In this document: positions 9,651 to 18,528 of the stretch, piece by piece
How positions within the stretch are numbered: position 1 is the first letter of the stretch
Layout: the number at the start of each line of letters is the position of its first letter
NCBI GenBank assembly: GCA_964521515.1
Contig: CAZFRW010000001.1
Coordinates: 7,639-71,638 of the forward strand
Direction of reading: 5' to 3'
DNA: 64,000 bases
DNA from: an uncultured Thermococci archaeon
Lineage (GTDB): Archaea; Methanobacteriota_B; Thermococci; Methanofastidiosales; Methanofastidiosaceae
Made by a program: the position numbers and the translations under genes
The notes under the pieces: model-generated
Told to the model about the DNA's origin: nothing
Database searches by the model: none
What the model saw: the letters and a program-made list of their open reading frames with translations, nothing else

Positions 9651-9866
9651 TGTCGCCCACCTAACTAACTCCGAAGCTCATCGTTCGGATATCCTCTCTT
9701 CCTTCGGTAACTCTCGTGGTGGGCTGAGCCCCATCATTGTAACCCCCGATTCATCTAAGCGATATGCCACATCACCGGGTGACCGTTGATAGGGTATTAC
9801 CCTTGTATTTGCTGTTTCACTCATAGAAGAAAGATTTCCTCTCATGAACCCCTCGCTACAAGGGAT
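9651..9866 (-). ncRNA. Candidate structured non-coding RNA, family not recognised
   Basis: 103/210 G+C by hand count in an otherwise very AT-rich intergenic context; multiple stems; TATA-like TTTATA about 30 nt upstream on the minus strand. Confidence 0.55.
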
Positions 9867-9896
9867 AAAAAATAAAATATATTTTGGTATAAATAG

Positions 9897-10661
9897 TTAC
9901 CTATTGAACTTATGGCCACATTCTGGGCAGAAGTTAGACGAAGGCTGGACATTTTTTTTACATTTAGGGCAGTAAAAGTAGTCTTTATCCGAGGGTTTAA
10001 ATGGTGAGGCCTTTGACATTTCTCCCAGTCTTTTTGTCAAGAAGTATACTAGAATTATTAAGATCGGTAAGAATAGGAATGCCAATATAGTTTGAGTGAA
10101 TAGGACAAAATCGAATAGACCGTGTGAGAACGCAGCTATCGCAAGACCTTTATAGACTAGGCTATTATTCTTAGGTGAAGAAAATTTCGCCTTTCCTACG
10201 TAATACCCAACTATACCTGAAAATCCTGCGTGGCCTAAACAACCTGTTATTGCCCGCATGAGAATCAGCGAAGCGCCATACTGTGATATATATAAGAAAT
10301 TTTCAAAAGTTGCAAATCCTAAAGCTGCTACTACAGAATATAACATTGCATCGATTGGCTCATTAAATTCCTTTGACTTTAGGGCATATACCCTCATAGC
10401 CAAATATTTTGAGATTTCCTCAACAGGCCCTATTACAAAAAAAGCCCCCAAAAACAGTAAAAGAATCCCTGCTTCATCAATAGAGAATGGCATCAGCAGA
10501 CTATTTAGTATACCTGCTGGAATTGTTGAAATCATTCCTAGGATAAATGTTATTATAATCAGTTTTTTTGGCTCAGGTTCATATTTATCTTTTTTATAAA
10601 AATACCATACCCAGAATAGTCCTGGGGCAAGCGCAATAGCCAGAAGTGTTAGAGCGTCCAT
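9897..10661 (-). CDS. prsW: PrsW family glutamic-type intramembrane protease with C-terminal zinc ribbon
   Basis: EEISKY, GFATFEN, LGHA, HGLFD motifs; CPKC...CPECG tail. Confidence 0.9.
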   Translation of the reverse strand: MDALTLLAIALAPGLFWVWYFYKKDKYEPEPKKLIIITFILGMISTIPAGILNSLLMPFSIDEAGILLLFLGAFFVIGPVEEISKYLAMRVYALKSKEFNEPIDAMLYSVVAALGFATFENFLYISQYGASLILMRAITGCLGHAGFSGIVGYYVGKAKFSSPKNNSLVYKGLAIAAFSHGLFDFVLFTQTILAFLFLPILIILVYFLTKRLGEMSKASPFKPSDKDYFYCPKCKKNVQPSSNFCPECGHKFNR

Positions 10662-10823
10662 TTATTCACCTTTTATTGATTTTTTATTTATATCTTGTCT
10701 TATTAAATTATCTTAGATGAACTCTTAAAATACTTGATGTTTTATCATAAATCAAGCACTTAATCTATGAACAATAAAAAGTTATGTTTAAATAGATTTC
10801 TTATAAAAAAGAAAATAAAAATA

Positions 10824-11387
10824 TTATAGTTTAACAACGAAGGTATTGGCAATCTTGTCGTGTAATCCTTGTTTTTGTGAGTCAAATATTATCCATATGT
10901 ATGATATTTGGCCTAATATAGGTATTATCTTGATTAACCATCTTATAGCTCCAGGACCTATACCTATCGGCATTGCACCGTTCGTACCTACGACTTTAAG
11001 CTTCATAAGCTGTTTACCTATAGTTGCACCTTTCATACCATCAAAGTATATGTAGTATGCAAGAGATATCAATACGAGTATACCTGTCCCTATACCACCT
11101 AAATTGAAGCCAGATTCATATCCCATACCGTAACCGTATCCATAATTAGTTCCTAATCCTACTAGGCTTAATATCCATGAAATGACTCCGAATATTATGG
11201 TATCAATAATCCATGCGACAAATCTTGGCAAGAATCCAGCGTGCTCATGAGAAAGCCAGTTTCCAGGTGCGTATGTAGTAGCTTTTGTTTGTTGAGTAGC
11301 AGGTACAGTATCTAGAGTTGCTCCACAGTTCTCACAAAACTTTGCGCTCATTGGATTATCTTTTCCACATTTTCCGCAAAAAACCAT
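10824..11387 (-). CDS. RDD family membrane protein with N-terminal zinc ribbon
   Basis: CGKCG..FCENCG; RFVAWIID, GATIGK, QGLHDKIANTFVV. Confidence 0.9.
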   Translation of the reverse strand: MVFCGKCGKDNPMSAKFCENCGATLDTVPATQQTKATTYAPGNWLSHEHAGFLPRFVAWIIDTIIFGVISWILSLVGLGTNYGYGYGMGYESGFNLGGIGTGILVLISLAYYIYFDGMKGATIGKQLMKLKVVGTNGAMPIGIGPGAIRWLIKIIPILGQISYIWIIFDSQKQGLHDKIANTFVVKL

Positions 11388-11473
11388 TTTATCACCATAT
11401 CTATTAGTAGCTCCTCTTTTAAAAGATTTTCTAATAGTCCTAAATATTTTCGCAATAAATTAAAATAAAAAGT

Positions 11474-12319
11474 TTAATTTAATTTATTATTATCGGGTCT
11501 TTCATTTGCAAACCAAACGACCCTCTGTGGAAATGGAACCTGAATACCTTCTTTTTCAAGTGTTGTCTTTATCTTCCCTAAAAGTTCCTTTTTTGTTGAG
11601 TACCACTGCGATACAGGTGCCCAAGCTTTAATTACAATATTAACAGAATTTTCTCCAAGGCTATCAACATAAACATCTGGTGTTGGTTTCTTTAAGATGA
11701 AGGGATGATCCTCAATCAAACTATCTATTATTTTTACTGCCTTTTCAGCATCATCGCTATACCTTATCCCAATTGTATACTCAATTCTTCTTGCGATATT
11801 AGCGCTTACATTAATTATATTGTTTGTGAATACCTTCTCATTTGGTATTCTTATGTATAGGCCGTCATAGTTCCTTAGTATTGTTGACATTACCCCTATG
11901 TCTTCAACAAACCCCCTCACGTTATCAATTTCGACTTGACTCCCTATTTTGATTGGTCTTTCAGCCATGATAAATAATCCCGATATAAGATTTCCAACTA
12001 TGCTCTGACTTGCAAAGCCTATGACTATACCTGTAACTCCCCCTGCCACTAGAAGTCCAGATGTATTGATCCCTAACAAAGGGAGTGCTAGAATTACAGC
12101 TATTATGATTATCCCATAATAACTTCCTTTAAGCAGGATACCAAGTCTATCTTTGTCAAATTTATCCCTTAGAGATCTTCTCAGAAACATAGAAAAGCCC
12201 TTTGCCAAGATTATAGCAAAAATAACCATTCCAACAGCAAAAATATAAGGGAAGATCTTGTCAGTTTCAATAATTCCAATAGTCTTTCCCAAAGTATGAA
12301 AAATTTCATCAAGATTCAA
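11474..12319 (-). CDS. mscS: Small-conductance mechanosensitive channel
   Basis: IGFASQSIVGNLISG...ERPIKIG, IPNE, IQVPFPQR. Confidence 0.92.
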   Translation of the reverse strand: MNLDEIFHTLGKTIGIIETDKIFPYIFAVGMVIFAIILAKGFSMFLRRSLRDKFDKDRLGILLKGSYYGIIIIAVILALPLLGINTSGLLVAGGVTGIVIGFASQSIVGNLISGLFIMAERPIKIGSQVEIDNVRGFVEDIGVMSTILRNYDGLYIRIPNEKVFTNNIINVSANIARRIEYTIGIRYSDDAEKAVKIIDSLIEDHPFILKKPTPDVYVDSLGENSVNIVIKAWAPVSQWYSTKKELLGKIKTTLEKEGIQVPFPQRVVWFANERPDNNKLN

Positions 12320-13035
12320 AATCCTTCCTCCATGGTAAATTTCTTTTGTGAAACTGTTATCTTTGAAGGTTCAAATACTTCAAGAGCTTTCTTCATTCCC
12401 TTTTTAATCCCCGAATTAACAAATTCAGTTTCTGCAATTTTCTCACTTATTACCTTCATATTGGCTTTCATTGAAACAAGGGTCTCATCAAAAAAAACTT
12501 TCATTTCATGTGAATCAAAAACACTTTTTGTTATTTCAATCCAATCATCGGTAGTATTAATCAGCTTTAACTTCATCACACCATTAATTAAAGGATTCAC
12601 ATCAGTTGGCATTGACGTAAAAACAGGGCTTTTATGGTATTTGCATATAACGCCACTCCTTGGGTCCCCATACAATGTATATTTTTGTCTTGCAAGGGTA
12701 AAAACATCCAAAAGATCATAATTTTTATGTCCCGAGATAAAAACACCTATATCGACTGGAAAAGTAATATACACATTGTTTGTTCCCTTGGGCTCAACAA
12801 AGACAGATTTCTCAAATTCTATCAACAGGTATGGTGTCACTTGGTTACGAATTTTGTTAGTTTCAATCGGATTTATTATAATCCCGCAGTCTTTTGTCAA
12901 CAGTATTTTCTCCACGGAATCATTAAGAATAGTTCTTTCATAATGAAGATTATTACCATCCTTTTTTATTTGGAGGTGTACCCCATCTTTTGATATTCTA
13001 AGGGGATTTAGGGGAGATTTATAGTATCCGTACAT
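12316..13035 (-). CDS. DUF432 domain protein
   Basis: YITFPVDIGVF, KYTLYGDPRSGVICKY; family commonly adjacent to mscS in archaea. Confidence 0.8.
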   Translation of the reverse strand: MYGYYKSPLNPLRISKDGVHLQIKKDGNNLHYERTILNDSVEKILLTKDCGIIINPIETNKIRNQVTPYLLIEFEKSVFVEPKGTNNVYITFPVDIGVFISGHKNYDLLDVFTLARQKYTLYGDPRSGVICKYHKSPVFTSMPTDVNPLINGVMKLKLINTTDDWIEITKSVFDSHEMKVFFDETLVSMKANMKVISEKIAETEFVNSGIKKGMKKALEVFEPSKITVSQKKFTMEEGF

Positions 13036-13080
13036 GGCTATGGGATATTATATATTTACCTTTATGAGTTTTACGCCAAA

Positions 13081-14454
13081 TTAATTTTTTGTTTCTCTAA
13101 GATTTGCCAAAGTTGAAGGAATTAGCTCAGGCAATGCAGGATGTATATGCATCCCCTTAAATATCGTCTTAAAGTTCATATTGTTAGCCATTACATTGAT
13201 TACTTCTTGGATTAATATCGAAGCGTAAGGGCCAATTATATGAAATCCTAAAATCTTATTACTTTCTTTATCAACAATTGCTTTAGCAAATGTCTCTTCT
13301 TCAAGCATAGCAATACCCTTTGCGACACTATTGTACCTTGAATATCCCACCAGTATTTTGTGTTTCTTTTTTGCCTCGTTTTCAGTCATCCCAACAGAGG
13401 CTATTTCAGGGTATGAAAAAATTGCATGTGGTATGGCGTTGTACTCCATCGGAAGTCTCTTTCCATGGAGACTATTGTGCCACGCATATGCGGCTTCCTT
13501 GTTAGCAGAATGCCTGAACATATATTTACCTATGATATCCCCAAAGGCCCAGATGTTTTTCTTTGAAGTTTCTAGGTAATCATTAACTTTGATGAATCCT
13601 TTCTCATCTGTTTGGATACCTGTATTTTGAACTTTTAATAAATCAGAATTGGGCACTCTACCCCCTGCAACTAAAATCTTTTCTGCTGTCACTTCAATAC
13701 TTTTTTCTGATTCTTTTTTCTTTCCAATTAATGTGACATGATCTCCTGTTTGCGTGGCTTCAATAACTTCAGTGTTTGTGTATATCTTCATTCTCTTTGA
13801 CATTTCTTTCAAGAGTAACTCTGAAACTTCAGGCTCCTCATTTGCCACAAGCCTTACATTTCTTTGAATTATTGTTACTTCACTTCCCATTCCAGCCAGA
13901 AAATGTCCGAACTCACAAGCAATATACCCTCCGCCTAAGATGACCACACTTTTTGGAAGGTCATTTAATTCAAGAATGCTTTCATTTGTCAGATAATCTA
14001 TTTTATCAAGACCTTTCACATTCGGGATTAGAGGTCTTGCACCAGCAGCTATGAAAATTTTTTCTCCAAAAATCTTTTTCTTATTTACTTCCATTGTGTA
14101 GTCTTCTACAAAATACCCAGTTCCCTCGTAGAAATCAAGTTTTTTTGTCTGTTTTATTCCTTTTCGCATGTCATCTCTTTCTTCAGCAATAGAAGATCTC
14201 ATTCTTTCCATTATTTCTCTAAAACGAATCTTAGTTATATTAGCCTCCACACCGAGTTTTTTTGAATTTTCTATTTCTGCTACTCTGTCTGCAGGAAAAA
14301 TTAGTAATTTTGAGGGTATACATCCTAAATTCAAGCATGTCCCACCAAGAGGCCCCTTATCCACAACTGCCACTTTAAGTCCATTTGAAAGGGCGTCGCT
14401 TGCTACACCCATGCCGGCGCCTGAGCCGATAACTAAAACATCGTATTTTTTCAT
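13081..14454 (-). CDS. Flavoprotein disulfide reductase (dihydrolipoamide dehydrogenase/mycothione reductase-like)
   Basis: GSGAG FAD motif, GGTCLNLGCIPSK, GGGYIACE, HIHPALPE. Confidence 0.88.
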   Translation of the reverse strand: MKKYDVLVIGSGAGMGVASDALSNGLKVAVVDKGPLGGTCLNLGCIPSKLLIFPADRVAEIENSKKLGVEANITKIRFREIMERMRSSIAEERDDMRKGIKQTKKLDFYEGTGYFVEDYTMEVNKKKIFGEKIFIAAGARPLIPNVKGLDKIDYLTNESILELNDLPKSVVILGGGYIACEFGHFLAGMGSEVTIIQRNVRLVANEEPEVSELLLKEMSKRMKIYTNTEVIEATQTGDHVTLIGKKKESEKSIEVTAEKILVAGGRVPNSDLLKVQNTGIQTDEKGFIKVNDYLETSKKNIWAFGDIIGKYMFRHSANKEAAYAWHNSLHGKRLPMEYNAIPHAIFSYPEIASVGMTENEAKKKHKILVGYSRYNSVAKGIAMLEEETFAKAIVDKESNKILGFHIIGPYASILIQEVINVMANNMNFKTIFKGMHIHPALPELIPSTLANLRETKN

Positions 14455-14622
14455 TATTCCACCTTTTTACATATCGAATTTAAGGACTAATTTATAATCT
14501 TGTATTTGGTTTAACTATATAATAAACTTTTGTTTTACCTTGCTTGAGCCTTAAAATATTTAAATTAAAAAATATAAATTAATGCATACATCAGTTATAT
14601 TTTATCTTGATAAAGGGATGTA

Positions 14623-15114
14623 ATGATTAAAATAGTGGATAGTTACTGCCCTGGCATCATCGGGAGAATAACTGAGCTTCATGCAGATTACTATTCCAAA
14701 AATTGGGGATTCGGGCTTTATTTTGAGTCAAAAGTTGCAACTGAGCTTTCCGAATTTTTAGGTAGATTTGATAAAAATAGAGATGGAATCTGGACAGTAC
14801 AGGTAAATGATAAAATTGTGGGATCTATAATCATTGATGGAATTGACTCAGATGGTGAAGGGGCAAGACTTAGGTGGTTCATACTTGATTCTAATTTCCA
14901 AGGCAGAGGGATAGGCAATTTAATGATGGAAAAAGCGATTCATTTCTGCAATGAAAAAGAGTATCGAAAGGTATACCTTTGGACATTTGCAGGGCTTGAC
15001 GCAGCAAGGCGCCTCTATGAGAAATACGGATTTAAGTTGTGCAAGGAATGCGAGAATAATCAATGGGGGGAAACAGTAAGCGAGCAGATGTTTGAACTAC
15101 TACTGGAAAAATAA
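14623..15114 (+). CDS. GNAT family N-acetyltransferase
   Basis: ARLRWFIL...QGRGIG, LWTFAGLDAARRLYEKYGF. Confidence 0.88.
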   Translation: MIKIVDSYCPGIIGRITELHADYYSKNWGFGLYFESKVATELSEFLGRFDKNRDGIWTVQVNDKIVGSIIIDGIDSDGEGARLRWFILDSNFQGRGIGNLMMEKAIHFCNEKEYRKVYLWTFAGLDAARRLYEKYGFKLCKECENNQWGETVSEQMFELLLEK

Positions 15115-15209
15115 ATTAATTGCGAATTTAGGCCATTTGTTAAAATTCTTGAATTAACTTTTTGAGTAAAACATTTAAGTAAAACTAACAAATAAGAATT
15201 GTGATATAT

Positions 15210-16109
15210 ATGAAAAATAAATTATTTTTCTCTGGAATATTAATATTTGTCTTGATTGTTGCAACTACCGGTTGCATAGGTCAGGGTTCTGAAAAAAAAA
15301 TTGTTATCGGTACAATGCCTTACAATGAGGAATACATTCTTGGGCACATGATATCTTTGTTATTAGAAGACGCCGGCTACCAAACTGAAGTTAAAGAAGG
15401 ACTTGGTGGCACACTCATAAACTACGAAGCGCTAAAGCGTGGGCAGATTCATGTATTTGTCGGGTACACTGGTGCTTTTTATAATACTGTTTTAAAACTA
15501 CCCGCATTAGATAACTGGGATCCCAATGTAGTCTACACTGAAGTAGAAAATGGATTAAGGGACAAGGAAGGGATATCAGTTGTTTCTAAACTTGGATTTA
15601 AGAACAACTATGCAATCTCTGTTCCAAGGATTTGGGCCCAAGAGAAGAATCTTACAAAAGTTAGTGAACTTGCACCGTATGCACCATTAATGGTACTTGG
15701 AACTGACATCGAGTATCCAACTGCTCCAGATGGACTACCGACATTTGAAAAGGCTTATGGATTCAAATTTAAAGATGTTAAATCAATGGAACCAACACTT
15801 GTATATGAAGCCATAAAAAATAATCTAGTTGATGTGATTACAGGTTACACAACTGACAAGAGAGGGGAACTCTTTGATCTAGTCGTTCTAGAGGATGACA
15901 AAGGCGGGCTTTTACCATACGATGCAATTATCATAACAACTAACTCATTTGCTAAAGACGAAGACGTAATTAAAGTTCTAAAAAAACTTGAGGGAAAGAT
16001 TGATGACAAAGCAATGGCAGATATGAATTATCAATATGACATCGAGAAGAAAGAATCAAGGGACATCGCTAGGGCGTTTTTAATCTCCCAAGGATTAATT
16101 AAAAATTAA
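15210..16109 (+). CDS. Glycine betaine/choline ABC transporter substrate-binding lipoprotein (OpuCC/OsmF-like)
   Basis: TGC lipobox-like motif, GLGGT, YTG, GFKNNYAI, GYTTD, LEDDKG.LPYDA. Confidence 0.88.
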   Translation: MKNKLFFSGILIFVLIVATTGCIGQGSEKKIVIGTMPYNEEYILGHMISLLLEDAGYQTEVKEGLGGTLINYEALKRGQIHVFVGYTGAFYNTVLKLPALDNWDPNVVYTEVENGLRDKEGISVVSKLGFKNNYAISVPRIWAQEKNLTKVSELAPYAPLMVLGTDIEYPTAPDGLPTFEKAYGFKFKDVKSMEPTLVYEAIKNNLVDVITGYTTDKRGELFDLVVLEDDKGGLLPYDAIIITTNSFAKDEDVIKVLKKLEGKIDDKAMADMNYQYDIEKKESRDIARAFLISQGLIKN

Positions 16110-16169
16110 TTAATTATTTATTTTTTTATTGGAGAGGGTAAAACGAATAAATTCCTGTCAGGTGAGTGC

Positions 16170-17270
16170 TTAGAATCATTAAGATTTGAACATGTAACCA
16201 AAGTATACAAAGAATCAAAAGCCATAGAAGATCTTTCATTTGAGATATGCAAGGGTGAACTTTTCGTAATATTGGGCTCCAGCGGCTCTGGCAAGACAAC
16301 AACTTTGAGATTAATCAATAGGTTAATCGATCCAGATGAAGGGACAGTTTATCTCAATGGAAACGACACTAAAACTATGGATCCAGTCAAGCTTAGAAGA
16401 AAAATAGGATACGTAATACAGCAGATTGGTCTTTTCCCACATATGACGGTCAAAGAAAATATTGGTCTGATACCCAATTTAGAAAAATGGAAGGAAGAGG
16501 ATATTTCAAACAGGATTGATGAGCTTCTTACTCTAGTTGCACTGCCACCTGATCTATTCAGATCTCGTTACCCAAACCAATTAAGCGGAGGCCAGCAACA
16601 GAGGATTGGGCTTGCAAGAGCTCTTGTTATGGATCCACCTTTATTACTCATGGACGAACCTTTTGGTGCTCTTGACCCTCTTTTAAGAATGCAACTTCAA
16701 AATGAATTTCTTTCAATAAAAAGAAAGTTGGACAAAACAATTGTTTTTGTTACCCATGATATAGAAGAAAGTTTCATTTTAGCCGATAGGATTGGGGTCA
16801 TGCACGGCGGGAAAATGCTCCAGATTGGAACACCTTCTGAATTATTATTTGAACCTGCAAACGACATAGTTTCAAAAATAATTGGGGCTGAAAATAAATT
16901 CAAGGCCATCAAATTTCTTCTGGCAAAAGATGTAATGATACCTCTTGATAAGAATTGTGTCATTGAATCAGATATTTCATGTAAAGAAGCCATTAGTAAG
17001 ATGATTTCAGACAAAATAGAATCATATATAATAAAAAAATCAAACTCAGATATAGCCCAAATATCATTAATTGATTTATTGAATGAGAAGGATCAGGAGA
17101 AATCTATACTTGATCTCGGAACTAGGGTAAATGTAGTTGTGCCTAGCGATACACTTTCATCAGTAATATCTCTATTAAAATTATCAAATGATTCTATGGT
17201 AGTTGTTATTGAACATGGCAAGGTATTGGGTGTTGTAAGAATAAATTCAGTTTTAATGAACTTAGTTTAG
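16170..17270 (+). CDS. Osmoprotectant ABC transporter ATP-binding subunit with CBS domains (OpuCA-like)
   Basis: Walker A GSSGSGKTT, LSGGQQQR, MDEPFGALDP; frame extends upstream of the track start (16272) through LRFEHVTKVY...AIEDLSFEI.KGE with no ATG/GTG/TTG. Confidence 0.9.
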   Translation, partial: LESLRFEHVTKVYKESKAIEDLSFEICKGELFVILGSSGSGKTTTLRLINRLIDPDEGTVYLNGNDTKTMDPVKLRRKIGYVIQQIGLFPHMTVKENIGLIPNLEKWKEEDISNRIDELLTLVALPPDLFRSRYPNQLSGGQQQRIGLARALVMDPPLLLMDEPFGALDPLLRMQLQNEFLSIKRKLDKTIVFVTHDIEESFILADRIGVMHGGKMLQIGTPSELLFEPANDIVSKIIGAENKFKAIKFLLAKDVMIPLDKNCVIESDISCKEAISKMISDKIESYIIKKSNSDIAQISLIDLLNEKDQEKSILDLGTRVNVVVPSDTLSSVISLLKLSNDSMVVVIEHGKVLGVVRINSVLMNLV

Positions 17271-17278
17271 GGGATATC

Positions 17279-17923
17279 TTGACTAATATAATAGATACTA
17301 TAATATCTGTTTGGATTACACATCAAATTACTCTTAGGACCATCCAGCACCTTTACATGTTTTCTATTGCCTTGATCATATCGATTTTGATAGGTGTCGC
17401 ATTAGCAATTTTAGTTTACAGCAATCCTAAACTTGCAAATGTCTGGTTTAATGTATTAAATGTAATAGAGACTATCCCTGAGTTAGCGCTATTCATTTTT
17501 CTCCTGCCCATCCTAGGCCTTGGAGAGAAGCCTACCATAGCAGCATGTGTCTTGTATTCGATACTTCCGATTATGAGAAATTCCTATACTGGATTGGCGT
17601 ATGTTAGCAATGAATATGTTGAAATTGCAAAAGCAATCGGTCTTACAAAAAATGAGATTCTATTAAAAATAAGACTGCCAATGGCCTTACCCCTGATAAG
17701 TAGTGGGATTAGGGTGGCTGTTGTGTACATAATGGGCATTGTCACATTAGGGGGTCTAATCGCCGCAGGAGGTCTAGGAGTCCCTTTACAAGCAGGGATA
17801 TATAGATACGATATCCCGGCCATAATTATTGCGGCCCTTTGGGTGGGCACACTTGGAGTTATATTTGACTTTATAGCATGGATTATAGAAAATAGATTAG
17901 CCCGGAGGTTCAATCCTTGGTAG
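17279..17923 (+). CDS. Osmoprotectant ABC transporter permease
   Basis: TIPELAL, LPIMRN, EIAKAIG, AGGLG. Confidence 0.9.
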   Translation: MTNIIDTIISVWITHQITLRTIQHLYMFSIALIISILIGVALAILVYSNPKLANVWFNVLNVIETIPELALFIFLLPILGLGEKPTIAACVLYSILPIMRNSYTGLAYVSNEYVEIAKAIGLTKNEILLKIRLPMALPLISSGIRVAVVYIMGIVTLGGLIAAGGLGVPLQAGIYRYDIPAIIIAALWVGTLGVIFDFIAWIIENRLARRFNPW

Positions 17924-18528
17924 CCATACTCCCTCTTTTGGACGCTATTCTACAACATCTTACTTTGGTCTTTACATCATTAGCTATAGGGATATGCCTA
18001 GCAACGCCTCTCGCTATTCTTTCCGTTTTTTATAAACGTGTTTCTTATCTTGTCTTAACTACAATAAATATGGCTCAGAGTATACCAAGTTTTGCACTCG
18101 TTGCAATAATCGTTCCTTTAGTTGGGATAGGATTCCTACCAGGTATAGTTGCTATTGTTTTGGGTTCAATTGTGCCCATTGTAAAGAATATGTATGTGGG
18201 GCTTGCGAAAACTGATGCTGAACTTATTGATACAGGAAAAGGTATGGGATTGACAGACTTTCAGGTAGTAAGATATGTGAGACTCCCTCTGGCATATCCT
18301 GCTATATTCGCAGGATTAAAATTTTCTGCCATAATTGCGAACGGCATAGCGGTTTTAACAGCAATTATTGGAAGCGGGGGGCTGGGGAGGATAATCTTTG
18401 AAGGTTTAGCAAGTTTTAACATAAATAAAACTTTGAGCGGAGCAATACCTGCGATCCTGATAGCTTTATCTTTAGATATAATATTCTCAATGGCAGAAAA
18501 AAAATTAAAATCAAAATCAGTTTACTGA
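17917..18528 (+). CDS. Osmoprotectant ABC transporter permease
   Basis: QSIPSFAL, PIVKN, GKGMG, SGGLG. Confidence 0.9.
   Translation: MVAILPLLDAILQHLTLVFTSLAIGICLATPLAILSVFYKRVSYLVLTTINMAQSIPSFALVAIIVPLVGIGFLPGIVAIVLGSIVPIVKNMYVGLAKTDAELIDTGKGMGLTDFQVVRYVRLPLAYPAIFAGLKFSAIIANGIAVLTAIIGSGGLGRIIFEGLASFNINKTLSGAIPAILIALSLDIIFSMAEKKLKSKSVY

Noticed and set aside
9660..9830. c-di-AMP or fluoride riboswitch, or hammerhead (CUAUGA..GAAAC) resemblance
   Set aside because: Only fragmentary motif matches; closing stems and the CUGAUGA core are absent; no downstream gene to regulate
9651..9866. RNase P RNA identity (GAGGAAA and CGCUUAGAUGAAU on the minus strand resemble CR-I/CR-IV)
   Set aside because: No P4 pairing between a GAGGAAnnUCC segment and an ACAnAAnnnGGCU segment, and the 5' and 3' ends do not form P1
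9651..9866. SRP RNA identity (srp19 is in the window)
   Set aside because: Lacks the helix-8 CAGG..GGAA..AGCA motif on both strands and is shorter than the ~300-nt archaeal SRP RNA
11110..11150. GYGYGMGY low-complexity repeat in the RDD protein
   Set aside because: Ordinary loop low complexity, not a repeat element
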